A stretch of DNA of 64,000 nt from NCBI RefSeq assembly GCF_006345805.1, contig NC_043000.1, forward strand, positions 155,558,001-155,622,000, written 5' to 3'. The notes beneath the pieces were generated by a model. It had not been told where the DNA came from. It saw nothing but the letters and a program-made list of their open reading frames with translations, and did not search any database. Of this stretch, positions 14,037-27,800 are shown piece by piece. A program made the position numbers and the translations under genes. The stretch is from Octopus sinensis (lineage: Eukaryota). Each line of letters starts with the position of its first letter. Within the stretch, counting starts at the first letter, position 1.

Positions 14037-14319
14037 CTAGCTTAAAAGGCGCCCGACAGAGCGGCTTTTAGGCTAGCTCCTGTGGAGAGCTCTTCATTAG
14101 GTCTTGGGCTCAACAATGACTCTTCATGCATTGAGTACATATTAAATTTTATTTAACTTGGCCAATACCTTTCAAGCAATGAACAATTTTCGTCAAAACA
14201 ATGATATAATATGTCGACTTCTTGCAAAGCTGCATAATAAACAACATTTTTTGCCTTCCCATTCGGTGTTCAATTCAATTTTGTTTTCTGTCCAACCTCT
14301 TTCTTTCTCTTTCTTTCTC

Positions 14320-14645
14320 TTGATTGTTTTCAACCATCACCATCCCCAGTACCACCACCATCACGACCACGACTTTCATATACACACCATTCAGACTTCT
14401 GACGCCACCACCATCAACACCTTATACTTCGCCGTTTTCCCCTCAACCACCATCACCACTGTCTTCCACCTCCCTTGCTATCACCGTCATTCTTGACCGC
14501 CTCAGCTACCACCACCATCATCATCACCGTCGCCTCCGCCTCTATCACAACTACAGTTCATACTATTACTATCACCCCATTACCATCTCAACTGTCAATC
14601 TACTACCGCCCTCACCATCTCTATACCTACTATTACTCTTCCCCC
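14320..14645. repeat. Degenerate (CCA/CAT)n low-complexity tract
   Basis: C/A-rich decayed trinucleotide repeat. Confidence 0.8.
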
Positions 14646-16219
14646 AGCAAAAGGAGTGTCATTGAATAGTGAAAGGGTCAAAGTGTGACACACTGACACG
14701 CAGAAATTTGTTTTGGCATTTATTTTATGAGCTGTGGCGTAGTATTGAGGCCCACTCAGTTTTGTGATATTTCTTCAATCTGGTGCTACATTTATCTTCA
14801 GCACAACACATTTTTTCCCAATCCGACGGTGCATCTTTCCCACCTATTTCAGTGCTAACATCAAGGTCCGATCCATTATTATTATATGAAATCTGGCTTT
14901 GTAGAATCGTTGGAGCATCAAACTCGTTATATACTGTTACTAATTACTAAACACCTTGCGGTATTTAGTTACAGTACCTTCTGAAATAAAATCCCACCGA
15001 GGTCAACTTCCAGGATCTGAAATATTAAGAATCAGTTACTGGAGCCGATTGGGTTGTTTTCTACATTTTTCTCGAAATTATTATTACAGACTTTGTTTAC
15101 TTGGTTCTGGATCAATAACATGATTACCATACTGTATCCGGTTTAATCGATTATACTTCTTCAAAATGTGTGACCGTTTGCCTATATTATTTTTATTAAC
15201 CATCCCGGATATTTATTCCATTACAGGCCATAAGAAATAAAATTGATACTAGCGGTTGATGACAGAAAGCCCAGATATTACATATGTGCAGCTCAACTCT
15301 CTCTGATCGTCAAATCAACAAAAACATACAAGCCAATTATTTCGGTGCATAGACAGCATAAGAATGTCTACAAAATCCACATGATCAATAAAAACAAATT
15401 CTGGCTATTTTTGTGATATCTTGGCAAACAATCTCTATACTGAGTGGACGTTGACTAAATTGGGAATCGTAGTAACAATTACAAAAACAGAGGAGCACCA
15501 ATCACAAGTTCAACTAAATGACCGATATCCAAACCTTAAAGTCATACCATGCGAAAAAGACGGCAGAAACTAAATTGTAGCCCATAGACCAAGTTGCAGA
15601 ATGCAAAATATGGGAATCCTTGACATTGGGCAACATATTTTTAAAGCTAGAGATATAAAAGCTCCTTACGGCGAATCAATGCTAAGGAACAGCAAAATAG
15701 ATTTTTGCTCGCTTATCAAGGCTTTACTGTTGTTTAATCGACCGACACGAAGCTGATTATATGAGCTGGAAAGAAAAGTAAGAATAAAAATAGAGTGCCG
15801 GTAAGATAGCAAAGTAAGGGCACTTCTTGCAACAAAAAAATTGAGGGTTGTGATCAATTCGATTTTCACACTAGACTCTCAAATAAACTCTCTTCCTTGC
15901 AGAAGAAAACGGTGGTATTTGAGGGAAGACGCTGAGTGTTTGCGTAGATTTCAGGATCTGTAAGTAGTGTACAGAACTGACTAAGCACTGAGCGCATTAC
16001 GTATGTATGTATGTATGTATGTATGTATGTATGTATGTATGTATGTATGTCTGTCTGTCTGTCTGTCTGTCTGTATGTATGTATGTATTTATGTATGCAT
16101 GTATGTGTATGCTCGAAACGTCATACCTCCCTGCTTCCATCTCCTGAGCGCCTATTAATAATAATACTGTAATTGTTCCTGTTGTTGTTGTTTTTTTGTT
16201 TCCCTTTTGGATTAAAATT

Positions 16220-16251
<32 letters not shown>

Positions 16252-16349
16252 CTAGCAGTATAGGATGAAGCCCCTTTCTCTACAGAAAAGAATTCCATCA
16301 AGAAGCGTGGCAGTATATTAAAAATACCTTTACGGTCAAAATTATAAAC

Positions 16350-16635
16350 ATCTTATAAGCAAGGGCTAAAGAAGATTATTCTAAAGCCAATATACTGATA
16401 TCCACTTATAAACCACTTGTTACAGGAAAATTGAACTGAAAATTGGGCAACTAGCCGTTAGAAATTTTAATTTCGTTATTTAAATTTCTTTAATTTAAAG
16501 AAATTAAATTTATTTAATTTAAATTTCTAACGGCTAGTTGCCCAATTTTCAGTTCAATTTTCGTGTAACAAGTGGTTTATAAGTGGATAATCAGTATATT
16601 GGCTTTAGAATAATCTTCTTTAGCCCTTGCTTATA

Positions 16636-16639
<4 letters not shown>
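16350..16639. repeat. Near-perfect ~290-bp foldback palindrome abutting (TA)n
   Basis: atcttataagcaagggctaaagaagattattc...gttagaaattt is the reverse complement of aaatttctaac...gaataatcttctttagcccttgcttataagat. Confidence 0.92.
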
Positions 16640-16666
<27 letters not shown>

Positions 16667-16990
16667 CTTCTAAATGCATTAGTCACTGGACTGCGGCCAT
16701 GCTTGAGTAACGCCTTAAAGGGTTTAGTCGAATTAAGTATTTACTTTTTTAAACCTGGTCCTTAATCTATTCATCTTTTTGCCAGATCACTGAGTTACAA
16801 GGATGCAGACTGGTGGGGAAAATATATACACACATACATACATACATACATACATACATACATACATACATACATACGTATATGCACACGCACATACATA
16901 CATACATAAATGCACACACACACGCACACTCACGCATACACACAAATATTTCTCCATTTGTTCGTCCTCTCTCCATTTTTCCTATCATCC

Positions 16991-17026
16991 CTTTCTGTCC
17001 AAGAGCGTAGGCTCGAAATGTCAAAG
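16991..17026 (+). pseudogene. Decayed copy of the CUGUUGA hammerhead family
   Basis: cttt-ctgtccaa-gagc gtag gctc-gaaa-tg-tc-aaag aligns with the copies at 49624 and 62488, with core mutations. Confidence 0.6.
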
Positions 17027-17556
17027 GCATTTCCATTCAAACTGATATTCCTGCTTGTTGTTCCCTCACATGTCTTTTGCTTTCTGTTAATTTGAACTAT
17101 ATGCGTGTGTGTGTGTGTGCGCGCGCACGCGTGTGCACGTATGTATGTCTGTATGGATACGTGGATGAGTGGATGGATAGATGGATTGATGGCTGGCTGG
17201 CTGGCTAAGATGTTCATAGACTAAGATACTCTCTTGGAATGTAACCTATAGAGCTTTATTTTTCAACGTAGCGCCAACCCATAATGAAGCATCTACGCCA
17301 TCATGAATATACTTCAGGCTTTACTTGGACTAAACCACTTGGGCTAAACCATTTTTCTGCAGGTAAATGATAACACCAGGATGCCAAATTTTGCAAATTT
17401 CCTAGAGAGATCCTTACTAGTTACTTTTGAAGTCATCTTTCAACAGTCAGATATGCAGTTATTAATAGGAAGAGATGAAATACATGCGTTTAAAAATACA
17501 CAGTTCTATCATCACTTCTTCATAGTCAGACTACGCATGTGTGTGGACATATATAT

Positions 17557-17629
<73 letters not shown>

Positions 17630-18109
17630 TATATACACACGCATGCTTACACATATGCATATACGTGTAAATAAACATATGTGGACACACATATATGCGT
17701 ATACAAACGCATATATATATATATATACATACAGCCTCAGAGACACACGTACATGTACATATATATATCATATATACACACACATATATTCATATATGCA
17801 CGCACGTATATAAAAATATATGTACATTGATACTTACATGTGTGTGTATGTGTGTGTGTGTGCATTGATATGTAGATATGCATGTATGTATATGTATGTC
17901 TTCAGAATTTACTGAATTATTTCCTCTCTAGAGTTCAAGCCGTCACTAACAACGTGACAAGTCTCTTTTGTTCAAGTCAAGAGAACTTTTTGGGTTTGGA
18001 AATATCTGTATCACGTGTGTGTGTATCTATGTGTGTGTATGCTTGTATGTATATGACTGTGTATGTGTGTATGTGTGTGTTTGAGGACAAACTTCTACTC
18101 ATGTAGTGG

Positions 18110-18187
18110 GTGGGTTCTCTCTGTTTTCTTCTCTCCCTTTCTGTCTCTCTCCCGCCCTATCTCTCTCCCTTTCACTTTCTCTCTCTT

Positions 18188-18284
<97 letters not shown>

Positions 18285-18450
18285 GTTGCTCTTAGTCTTG
18301 CAACCTCAGTCCTGCACCAGTTTCTCAATCTTTTTCTTTCTTTTTCTGTCTTAATTTATCTTCACGTGCCTACTACTCTTCCTCTTTCGTCTTCCCTCTC
18401 AGCCCCTCTGTTTTTCTGTATGTGTGTCTGTATGTTTGCCTGTCTATCTG

Positions 18451-18499
<49 letters not shown>

Positions 18500-18500
18500 C
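18110..18500. repeat. (CT)n polypyrimidine microsatellites
   Basis: Two long (CT)n runs with degenerate spacer. Confidence 0.92.
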
Positions 18501-19327
18501 ACTCTCTTTCCTTCCGCAACGAATAGATGTTGTTTTCTTCTACTATGAAGTGCAAGACGATATACTGTATTTCTTCATGCATTACTTCCATTTTTTATTG
18601 TGCAAATCGAAAGACAATCCGTAAATATATCCCTGTTCACTTCGTTCGTACAGTTTGCATCCTACATTGATAACTGTGCACTTATTCTTCTTGCCTTTGA
18701 TTGCTTTTGGCACGCATTCAGCTGAACACTCGCCACCGCTGAAGTAAACTATATTGACTTAAGTGCCGATATTGTTATAATTTTCAGTTGACAGCTGATG
18801 AAGAGATCTCATCTGTGTGCTCTGTTGTGCTTTCGTTTTCCCTCTAAAACACCTTATCCTCTTGTCCGTCTGTCTTTTTGTAATTTACAGACACATATAC
18901 ACACATATTTATTTATTTATACGTACATATGTACATTCATATATGCATGTGTGTATTATGTGCGCGTATGCATATATACTAATGATTTATGTAGATATAC
19001 ACCAACATATATATATGTACATGAATATACATACATTACCCTCAATATAATATATATAAATACATATATATATATACATATATAATTAATTAATAAGGGT
19101 GAGAGAATTAGATACTAATTTAATAGTATTCCTATTCAACACCAAGTGGCCCAGTGCTCCGAGAAACCTGGATTATTATAATATTTTATAATATATTATA
19201 ATATTTTATACAAATATTTTATAATATATTATAATATTTTATATTTTTTATAATATATTATAATATTTTATACAAAAAATACATAGTGACCACTCTCTTA
19301 TATTTATTTTTATATACATATATATAT

Positions 19328-19383
<56 letters not shown>

Positions 19384-19993
19384 CGTGTGTGTGTGTGTGT
19401 GTATACTCGTATATATGTGTTTATGTACTAGTGTGTGTGTGTGCGTGTGTAAGCGGCTGTGGTTTGAAAAATAGGGATCTCCAAAATATGTACAAGACTA
19501 GGATAAATATCGCTATGAATATGTTCGACTAAAATCCTGAAGGGAAGTGCCCCAGCATGGCCAAAGTTCAAAGACTGAAACAAGGGAAAGAGTAAAAGAG
19601 CATGTGTCTACTCCATTATGAGAAGTTTGATAACAAAATGCAGACGTTGCAGATGATGAACAGAAGAAAACCAATCGATGGCGTCAACGTGTAAGACAGG
19701 TAAACATGCCTCGTCTACATAATTTTCCACTGCAATGGATCGGACAGTAGTAAAAATCATGCTGATAGCAATTATGGTGGTCATCTCCGGTAAGATATTC
19801 CTTCTACAAAGGACATATTCCTGACCTCAACCACTAACGGAGTAGAAAACACAAGACAAGAGTCGTTCGGTAACTAATATTAGTTTAATCAACATAGGGA
19901 GCCTAACTTTTTATGTTAAATCTAAAGATGCTTGGACACGAGGAAAAGACCAGTGAGAGAAATCTATAGATAGATAGATAATTGAATGTCCCC

Positions 19994-20106
<113 letters not shown>

Positions 20107-20849
20107 GCTAGCTAGCTATCTCTCTGTCTGTCTGTCTGTGTATGTATGTATTTATGTATATACATATATATGTATATGCATGTTTTTATACATGTATACA
20201 TGTATATGTATATACATATATATGTATATACATGTATTTTCAAAGAAAATAATTTTTTTTCTCTTATGAGGTTTTTCACGCTAGTTACTTGATAATTTCT
20301 TGTTAAGATTTCTTATTAAGATTTTATCCTATTTTTTAAATTTGTATATACACGTATGTATGTATGTATGTATGTATGTATGTATGTATGTATGTATGTA
20401 TATATGTATGTATGTTTGTATGTATGCATGTATGCATGCATACATGCATGTATGTATTATGTATGTATGTATGTATGTATGTATGCATGCATACATGCAT
20501 GTATGTATTATGTATGTATGTATGTATGTATGTATGTATGTATGTATGTATGTATGTATAGCCTCACTGTTTATCAAAAACAGACAGGTGTTGTCGTTGT
20601 GGATGTCATTGATATTGTAGGTGGAAGAAAAACGAAATCAGGATTCATTTTGATCTTCGAACTATGAAACACAGTAGAGATGCTTCAGAAAAACGGTATT
20701 ATCTGCTAAATCGAATAGGTAGTCATGTGATGCATTCAAATCGAACGCTGAGAGGCATCATGGTGGCTATGTTAGAAGTAACACAGCCATTAAAGATAGA
20801 TCGATTGCAACAATGGAAGAAGCTATGTAAAATTTGTATGCCTCGTGGA

Positions 20850-20859
20850 AATACTGTCC

Positions 20860-20916
<57 letters not shown>

Positions 20917-21360
20917 CTCGCAGCTGTTGTTCTTGTTGTTGTGGTAGTGGTGGTGGTCATAGCAGCGGTAGTGATGGTGGTTACGGTGTTGGTGGTAAAG
21001 TTGATGGTTGTAGTGATGATGATTGTGGTGATGATGATTGTTGTGATGGTGGTGGTGATAGTAGTCACGGTGGTGGTGGTGGTGGCGAAGATGGTAGTTT
21101 TAGTTGTGGTGGTTGTGGGAGCGGTGGTGGTGGTGGTGGTGCTTGTGCTACAGCTGGTGCTGGTGGGCGCAGTTGTGGTAGTGATGATGAATGTGATAGT
21201 GGTCTGATGAGATAAAGTTGGCGAAATGGTATTTATATCGAAGCTAGGCTTGAGGTGATGAATGGTAGTGATAGTAGTAAACGAAAGGTCGTTGATGCCG
21301 CTGCTGTTACTGCTCCTGCTGCTGTTTTTGTTGTTTTTATTGTTGTTGTTGTTGTTCTTA
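20850..21360. repeat. (GTA)/(GGT)/(GAT)n compound trinucleotide repeat
   Basis: Perfect (GTA)n followed by degenerate GGT/GAT/GTT; poly-S/G/V/T ORFs are artefacts. Confidence 0.9.
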
Positions 21361-22439
21361 TTCTTGTTTAGTCACGTCAATCTTGATTGAACAGACTTCC
21401 GACCAAAGGCATTCCAGCCATGTTCAAACAAACCTTTACTTTTCTGAGAGTCTCCAGCCAATGTCACCTTTCCTTTAAAAGACAAGCGTGTGTAATTTAA
21501 TAGTGATTTGGCTGTTACTTCAAGCCAGTTGAGTGGCTGCGAGAGGCTCCCATGTTGGCTGCTAGAGGTGATGGAATTGATGATGCGGTGCTCTTTGTTA
21601 ATGTTACGCTTCTCAATGGCGGTTAAGTTCCTAAAATCGTGATGTTGTGTTGATAATGGTGGTAGTAGCATTAGTTTTTCTTAAGACTGTCTAATTTATT
21701 GCTTTTCCTCTCGGTTCAAATGTCTTGATATTGTAGCTGGCAGCATTTGAAGTCACTTTGTTTAATTTATGTTATGCGGATAACGCCTTTGAGGAAGGTA
21801 TGTGTATCATAACCTCTCCTTTCTCCATCTCACCTAACCTAAATATCTTGTCAAAACTAACTAATATTTTTCGTAGAGTCTGATGAGGTATCACATATGA
21901 CGTTTAGCAAAAACATGAGTATTTACCAGAATATGTTGGACGGGATCCACATTTCTTGGGAAGTATTCGGTACATTTACTAAATAGACAAGTAGCTTTCT
22001 GATAATTCTCAGTTTAAGGATAAAACTATAATAAGTATATTTAGATTTACTATTAACGTATATCATGCTACGAATATACCTGATACACCTTAATGCCCTT
22101 TAAACAACGTATGTGAGGTTGCGAGACATAAAGTTTTTAAACTGAGTATTTAGAAAAAAAAGAAAAACCTGAAAGCATAATGTGGAATTTGAACTTGCTT
22201 AGTGAACCACTATAAGGAATCCGCAAATTTAGAGTTCGTGATACGCCTTCGATTCTTGCTTTAAAACATTTTGTTTCATTCATTTCTCTAACATCATTCA
22301 TGATGCATGAATATCACCGTTCTATTTGTTGACTAACTTTGAGTTAATAAGGATAAAGTACAGCTCACCTTCACTCGCAAGAGAATGTGGTTTGGTAACG
22401 TTGTACCATGCTTTCACTAACTTTTGTAAGTGCCTACTT

Positions 22440-22685
22440 GGTAGAGAGTAGACAGATACCCTTACGGCTCCTTCACTCTTGAACTAATGGAATATCGAGG
22501 ATGTTACAACAGGAGGGAAAGAAGGCCGCATCAGCACCTGACTCGTATTCATTTCAGCTAGGAAGACTGAGAAAACGTGAAATGAAATACCAAGTTCAAG
22601 CACATATTGCGTCGCCCAAGTAAGAAATTAAACTCTCGACTTTATGATTACGAATCTAACACCCTAACTACAAGACCATGAGCCT
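22440..22685 (-). mobile_element. Old tRNA-headed SINE remnant
   Basis: Reverse complement begins ggctcatggtcttgtagttagggtgttagattcgtaatc (tRNA-like A box), then a diverged core. Confidence 0.55.
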
Positions 22686-23045
22686 TCAATAACTACGACT
22701 GATTGAGCAAACTGTAGATTATGATAATTATTAAATGCCTGTTGTAAATGGAGACAATTCATTTTCTAAATTTGTTATTAAACTGTAACTAGTGAATTGA
22801 AAATGTGTATATATACAATTTCTCAGAGGCTTGTAGTATATATTACATGAATTCCTAGACCTTTCTTGAATCGAAATATTCAACAACGAGTTATCAGCTG
22901 CTTGACTTCAGACAAAGTTGGGTATTGCGATATTTATTACGTTTATGTGTTAGAAATATTACAAGGAAACCAGCATAATTCTCAGGCGCCATTCATCACA
23001 AACTGACCATATAATCTCTAACACCTGCAGTTCAATTGATATATT

Positions 23046-23305
23046 TCTATATATTTTATATATAAAAGTGAAGTTGTGTGAGTGTCTGTCTCCAACCAAA
23101 AGCGGGTATCTTATAGTCGTGATTCATATGGAGCCCTTCTGGGTATTAGCGCGCGTCTATATGAGTCTACGATTAAAAAAAATTTAACATCATTTTTTCC
23201 CATTTTAATGCATTTTTTGCTATTATATAAGGGAAGTAACTCTCTAAAAATGCTTATATAGTAATTTCCCTTACAAACCCGAGCAACGCCGGGCGATACT
23301 GCTAG
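23046..23305 (+). mobile_element. Short non-autonomous Helitron
   Basis: 5' TC-tatatattttatatataaaagtgaagttgtgtg; 3' hairpin cccgagcaacgccggg + CTAG|T. Confidence 0.8.
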
Positions 23306-24399
23306 TACTACATAAAGGCAATATAAATTAAATTCAAAATTACATGAACCAAGCGTGATTCGAACTTACATATTTCCAAGACGCTTTTTGCACATTTTAA
23401 TTTGAATTCGAATCGCATCATATTTGTTTGCTAATTCTTTTTATATTTTATTTGACGTCCGCGTTTGCGTTGAATATAAACAGGTCCAAAAGTGAGTAAC
23501 TTTTGGGTAAGACTTAAATGTACGTCGCTCCTTCCTCTTTCAATCGCAAATTCTCCAAAGAGAACTATCATCACTTTTTATTAATAACAAAATGGCGCAA
23601 AAAGTGTCTCTTAAAGTTATACGCTGTGGTAAAATAACTATCATTTAAAATGTTGTTGAATGTTTTTTTTTATACCTTATGGGAATATAATTATTATGAT
23701 TATCATCCCATCCGAACTTGCTGAAGAATGCATATGTCCAATTTTCTCTATCAATCGTTTATTAATACATATAACAAAAATTTTGTAGAACTTTGTAATA
23801 ATATTTTAGTATATAATGGCCACTTGAAGTGATAGCATCAAGGAGATGTTTGCTCTGTTTATCATATTTCATTGGGGGAATTTCGCAATTTGTCGATTCT
23901 ACTGACATTTTCAAACGTTAGCTTAAGGACAGACTGGTTCCAACGTGTCTGAGCCTTGAATCTCTAAATGTTACCGGTTTTACTTATTATCTTATAATTT
24001 ATTTATGCAGCAATTCATCTGATACATTTCTTCCATTATTCTCCATATGCTGATTGGGATAAATAAAGGTAACCTAGTTTGGAAGACTGTGGGGAAGAAA
24101 ATATTCCTTAAACTTAAACAAATCACAGAATCAACCCAAAAGATTTCCAAACTGGCGGAGTTCATCTCCCGACTCGAATTATGTATGGAAGTCGCACTTT
24201 CGAAGCTTGTCATAATGCTAAACAAGGCTTCGAACGTTAGTTAATCCAGCTGTACTAAGATAGAATCACTACTAATCTTATGAAAACAACATGACAACGC
24301 ACTTCCTGCAATTTGAGACAACCCATAACCGAAATCCTCAAAGTCTTTACAACTGATAGTTTTCACAATCTCACATGCTTAACATAGCTACATTTACAT

Positions 24400-25200
24400 C
24401 CCAAACATGAGGTTTCCTCTTCAGGGATAATTAATACTCCATTTGATCAATTACAAAACTCAACTTAGCAGTACCATAAAATATCTCTCCTATATCTGAG
24501 ATACTCCTAACATTCTACACAAATATCCTAGAATGCATCGAAAAGATGGCCACTGCTACAACACACTGCTAGTGCGGATTTAAATAAATATATCAGAAAA
24601 TTACAATATACTAATATAAATGGATTTAAAAACCTGAAAACTTGTTCACTTAGATTAACTGAGGAATAGTATTCCTTAGAATAGAATATTACCAAAGGAA
24701 AAGATATATGAAAAAGATTTTCCCATAAAATTTCCAATCAGAATTCGAACTAGGAATTACGCAAGTGGCTCCAAAACTTATGACTAAACGCTAAAGATTG
24801 GAGTCGTGATAGGAGAGGTTGATGAAATACACATTATTCGTATGCGTTGGTGAAATCAACAATATCCATCAACACACTGCTACTAGCCTACAGAAACCCG
24901 GTTCCTCTCTAGACCTATTTCCTCGATGCTACAACAGTCTGTGCCCTTCTGAATTAGCTAGTTGGACACCTCCTCCTCCTAGACTCACCTTTTTTACCAG
25001 TTCCTCCTCCTCGCATCACCCCTATTGTGACACACTCTCTAAACCCTGAAGTAATACTTATTTCAACCTCTCTTTCTCAGATATCAAATCCCAGAATTCC
25101 TTCTCCATCAGGTTTTCCTCCCGTTCTCGATTTAATTATGCACAAAGCAAACGTCAATCGTATTGATCTCACCAGTCTCGGGGAATCTGCAAAGGTCATG
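24400..25200 (+). mobile_element. Decayed CR1/Jockey-like LINE 3' fragment, interrupted
   Basis: SSLDLFPRCYNSLCPSELASWTPPP...HHPYC resembles the LINE C-terminal LxLFYRYYxxxCSxEL...HPY motif. Split by the insertion at 24572-24869. Confidence 0.55.
24572..24869 (-). repeat. Inverted copy of 25764-26064 flanked by a 13-bp direct repeat
   Basis: About 300 bp almost identical to the reverse complement of 25764-26064. caacacactgcta at 24559-24571 and 24870-24882. Confidence 0.9.
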
Positions 25201-25461
25201 TGTGTTTCTCCTCCTGCAGAATAAGACATAGAAATAACGAATTAAAAAGTGCTACTGTTCGCTAAATGGATTATGAGAAGTAATACAGGGATGAGATTAG
25301 CTAAAGTAGTCGCAGCAGCTGTAACAGTGTTTTGCCTCCGTTCATAATTTTTCTCCATTATTGCTTAGCTGATATCAAGAGCATCAACTACGACAAAATA
25401 GGTTTTTCGACAGCAGGAACAGTAGTAGTAGTAGTAGTAGTAGTAGTAGCAGCAGCAGTAT

Positions 25462-25494
<33 letters not shown>

Positions 25495-26357
25495 CAGCAG
25501 CAGTATTAGTAGTAGTAGTAGTAGCAGCAGCAGCAGCAGAAGCGGCAGAAGCAGTAGCAGTCGGAATCGTTCCACCCGACTCATTAACATTGCAATAACA
25601 GATTAACTTAGCCTTTCACACTTCAGCGACTATTGAACAAACGTCGCGAGTGGACTAGAATGATTTTCTTTTTTTCACTTAATTTAACCTTCTACTACAA
25701 ACGTTTGGTTTTCTACCAACGGTAGAAATACAATATTGCCCTCACTGATAAACAAGTTTAGACGATGGGTATTGTTGATTTCACCAACGCATACGAATAA
25801 TGTGTATTTCATCAACCTCTCCTATCACGACTCCAATCTTTAGCGTTTAGTCATAAGTTTTGGAGCCACTTGCGTAATTCCTAGTTCGAATTCTGATTGG
25901 AAATTTTATGGGAAAATCTTTTTCATATATCTTTTCCTTTGGTAATATTCTATTCTAAGGAATACTATTCCTCAGTTAATCTAACTGAACAAGTTTTCAG
26001 GTTTTTAAATCCATTTATATTAGTATATTGTAATTTTCTGATATATTTATTTAAATCCGCACTACTATACTAATTACAGAATTTTTGTTTACGTTCAGCT
26101 TCTAGTAATTCTAATTCATAAATACCTAGTTTGGGGTAGGAAATTCTAAGTATTGTGCTTCGTTTTCCTCTTTGTTTTCCCCTCTGTACAGTCATCTAAT
26201 TTTATTCATCTGCAATTTTATACGTTAAAGTATAAAATACATTATTAGAATGGCTATTTTTTAAAATCAAGTTATCATCATAGCAGCAGCAGCAGCAACA
26301 GCAGCAACAATAGCAGCAGCAGCAATAACAACAGCAACAATAGCGGTAGTTCCCATC

Positions 26358-26565
26358 GTGGAGGCGCAATGGCCCAGTGGTTAGGGCAGCGAACTCGTGG
26401 TTGTAGGGTCGCGGTTTCGATTCCCAGACCGGGCGTTGTGGGTGTTTATTGAGCGAAAATACCTAAAGCTCCATGAGGCTCCATTATTGCTTAGCTGATA
26501 TCAAGAGCATCAACTACAACAAAAATAGGTTTTTCGACAGGAGGAATAGTAGTAGTAGTAGTAGT
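26358..26565 (+). mobile_element. Chimera: family C SINE head joined to a tail shared with 25354-25445
   Basis: SINE similarity ends at gaggctcc (~26482) and continues as attattgcttagctgatatcaagagcatcaactac...gtagtagtag, seen also at ~25354. Confidence 0.75.
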
Positions 26566-26739
26566 ATTTTTATTATCATTATTATTATTATTATATTATT
26601 ATTATTATTGTTGTTGTTGTTGTTGTTGTTGTTGTTATTATTATTATTATTATCATCATCATCATCATCATTATTATTATTATTTTTATTATTATTATTA
26701 TTGTTATTATTATTATTATCATCATCATCATCATCATCA

Positions 26740-26779
<40 letters not shown>

Positions 26780-26847
26780 CATTATTATTCAGTATCATTT
26801 TTATCACGTGCTTTCACTGCACTACCCAGCGCTTACCATTATTATTA

Positions 26848-27215
26848 AGGCGGCGTGGCAGAATTGTTAGTGCGCTGGACGAATTGTTTAGCGATATTTC
26901 GCTCATCGATACGTTCTAAGTTAAAATTCCACCGATGTCAACTTTGCCTTTCATCCTTTCGGGGTCGATAAATTAAGTACCAGTGAAATTCTAACGTTGC
27001 TCCAGTTCACTCAGCTGTAGAAATGAGTTGCGGTGTCACTGGTGCCACGCTGTTTGGGCATTGCCATTCCCTTGGACAAAATCGATGGCGTGGAGAGGGG
27101 AGATCGGTTTGCATGAGTGACTGCTGGTTTTCCTCACAAAAACCTTACCTGGACTTGTACCCCAGAGGGGAACATTCTAGGTGCAATCCCATGGTCATTC
27201 ATGGTCATTCCTAGC
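26848..27215 (+). mobile_element. Truncated family B SINE followed by a second SINE-like repeat
   Basis: ggcggcgtggcagaattgttag...ggggtcgataaattaagtacc, then ctccagttcactcagctgtagaaatgagt core-like domain. Confidence 0.65.
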
Positions 27216-27410
27216 TTTTGCCGTCTTTGACTAGTGAAGATAACAACCAATCAAACTGATTACATATTTTACACATTTACATTTGATCAATAATGGATAT
27301 CCTGCGCTGAAATATTGAACTGTTTCAACAAACTGACCCCAAAAGCTACTTATTTAGTTTCTGTAGCTTTTACGACATCAATACATCGAGTTACCGAAGA
27401 CCTTTAAGCT

Positions 27411-27800
27411 AAAATATTGTACCGATTATTATTATGATTATATAGGTTGCAGTAATGGTGTCTTGGAAGAGAACCTTAATATATAATTGAATATTCTGCT
27501 TATAGATGTATATGATCGAACCTACATATCAGTATGTGGAGGTACATGGCTTAGTGGTTAGCGCAGCCGATTCGCGGTCGAGGGATCGCGGGTTCGAATC
27601 TAAGGCCGCGCGTTGTGTGTGTTTATGAGCGAAACACCTAAACTCCACGCGGCTCCGGCAGAAGGCAATGACGAGCTTCTGCTGACTCTTTCGCCACAAC
27701 CTTCTCTCACTCTTCCCTCCTGAATCTTGCAGCTCACCTGCGACGGACCGGCATCCCGTCCAGGTCCCTTTTGCCGAACCGCTTGAGATACGGGGACGTA
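27411..27800 (+). repeat. Inverted segmental duplicate of 35240-35631 (contains family C SINE head)
   Basis: Shares ~120 bp of non-SINE flank, the SINE C part and the SINE C/SINE A junction with the minus-strand copy. Confidence 0.9.

Noticed and set aside
14036-14087. ctagcttaaaag...cttttaggctag small inverted repeat after (GATA)n
   Set aside because: Too short to classify; may be a Helitron-end remnant.
15250-15800. Possible old L1/Tx1-like LINE fragment
   Set aside because: Only a faint MGILDI-like motif; too decayed to support.
20664-21215. 183-aa Ser/Gly/Cys/Asp-rich ORF
   Set aside because: Coincides with a compound trinucleotide repeat that is open in several frames; no domain or splice support.
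21200-21235. CTGATGA...GAAA match (also 3987, 8617, 9279, 21889, 61195)
   Set aside because: No complementary stem I or stem III; chance motif matches.
23992-24244. Overlapping ORFs and an AG...GT bounded 58-bp segment as an exon
   Set aside because: All three frames of the putative exon contain stops; no recognisable protein.
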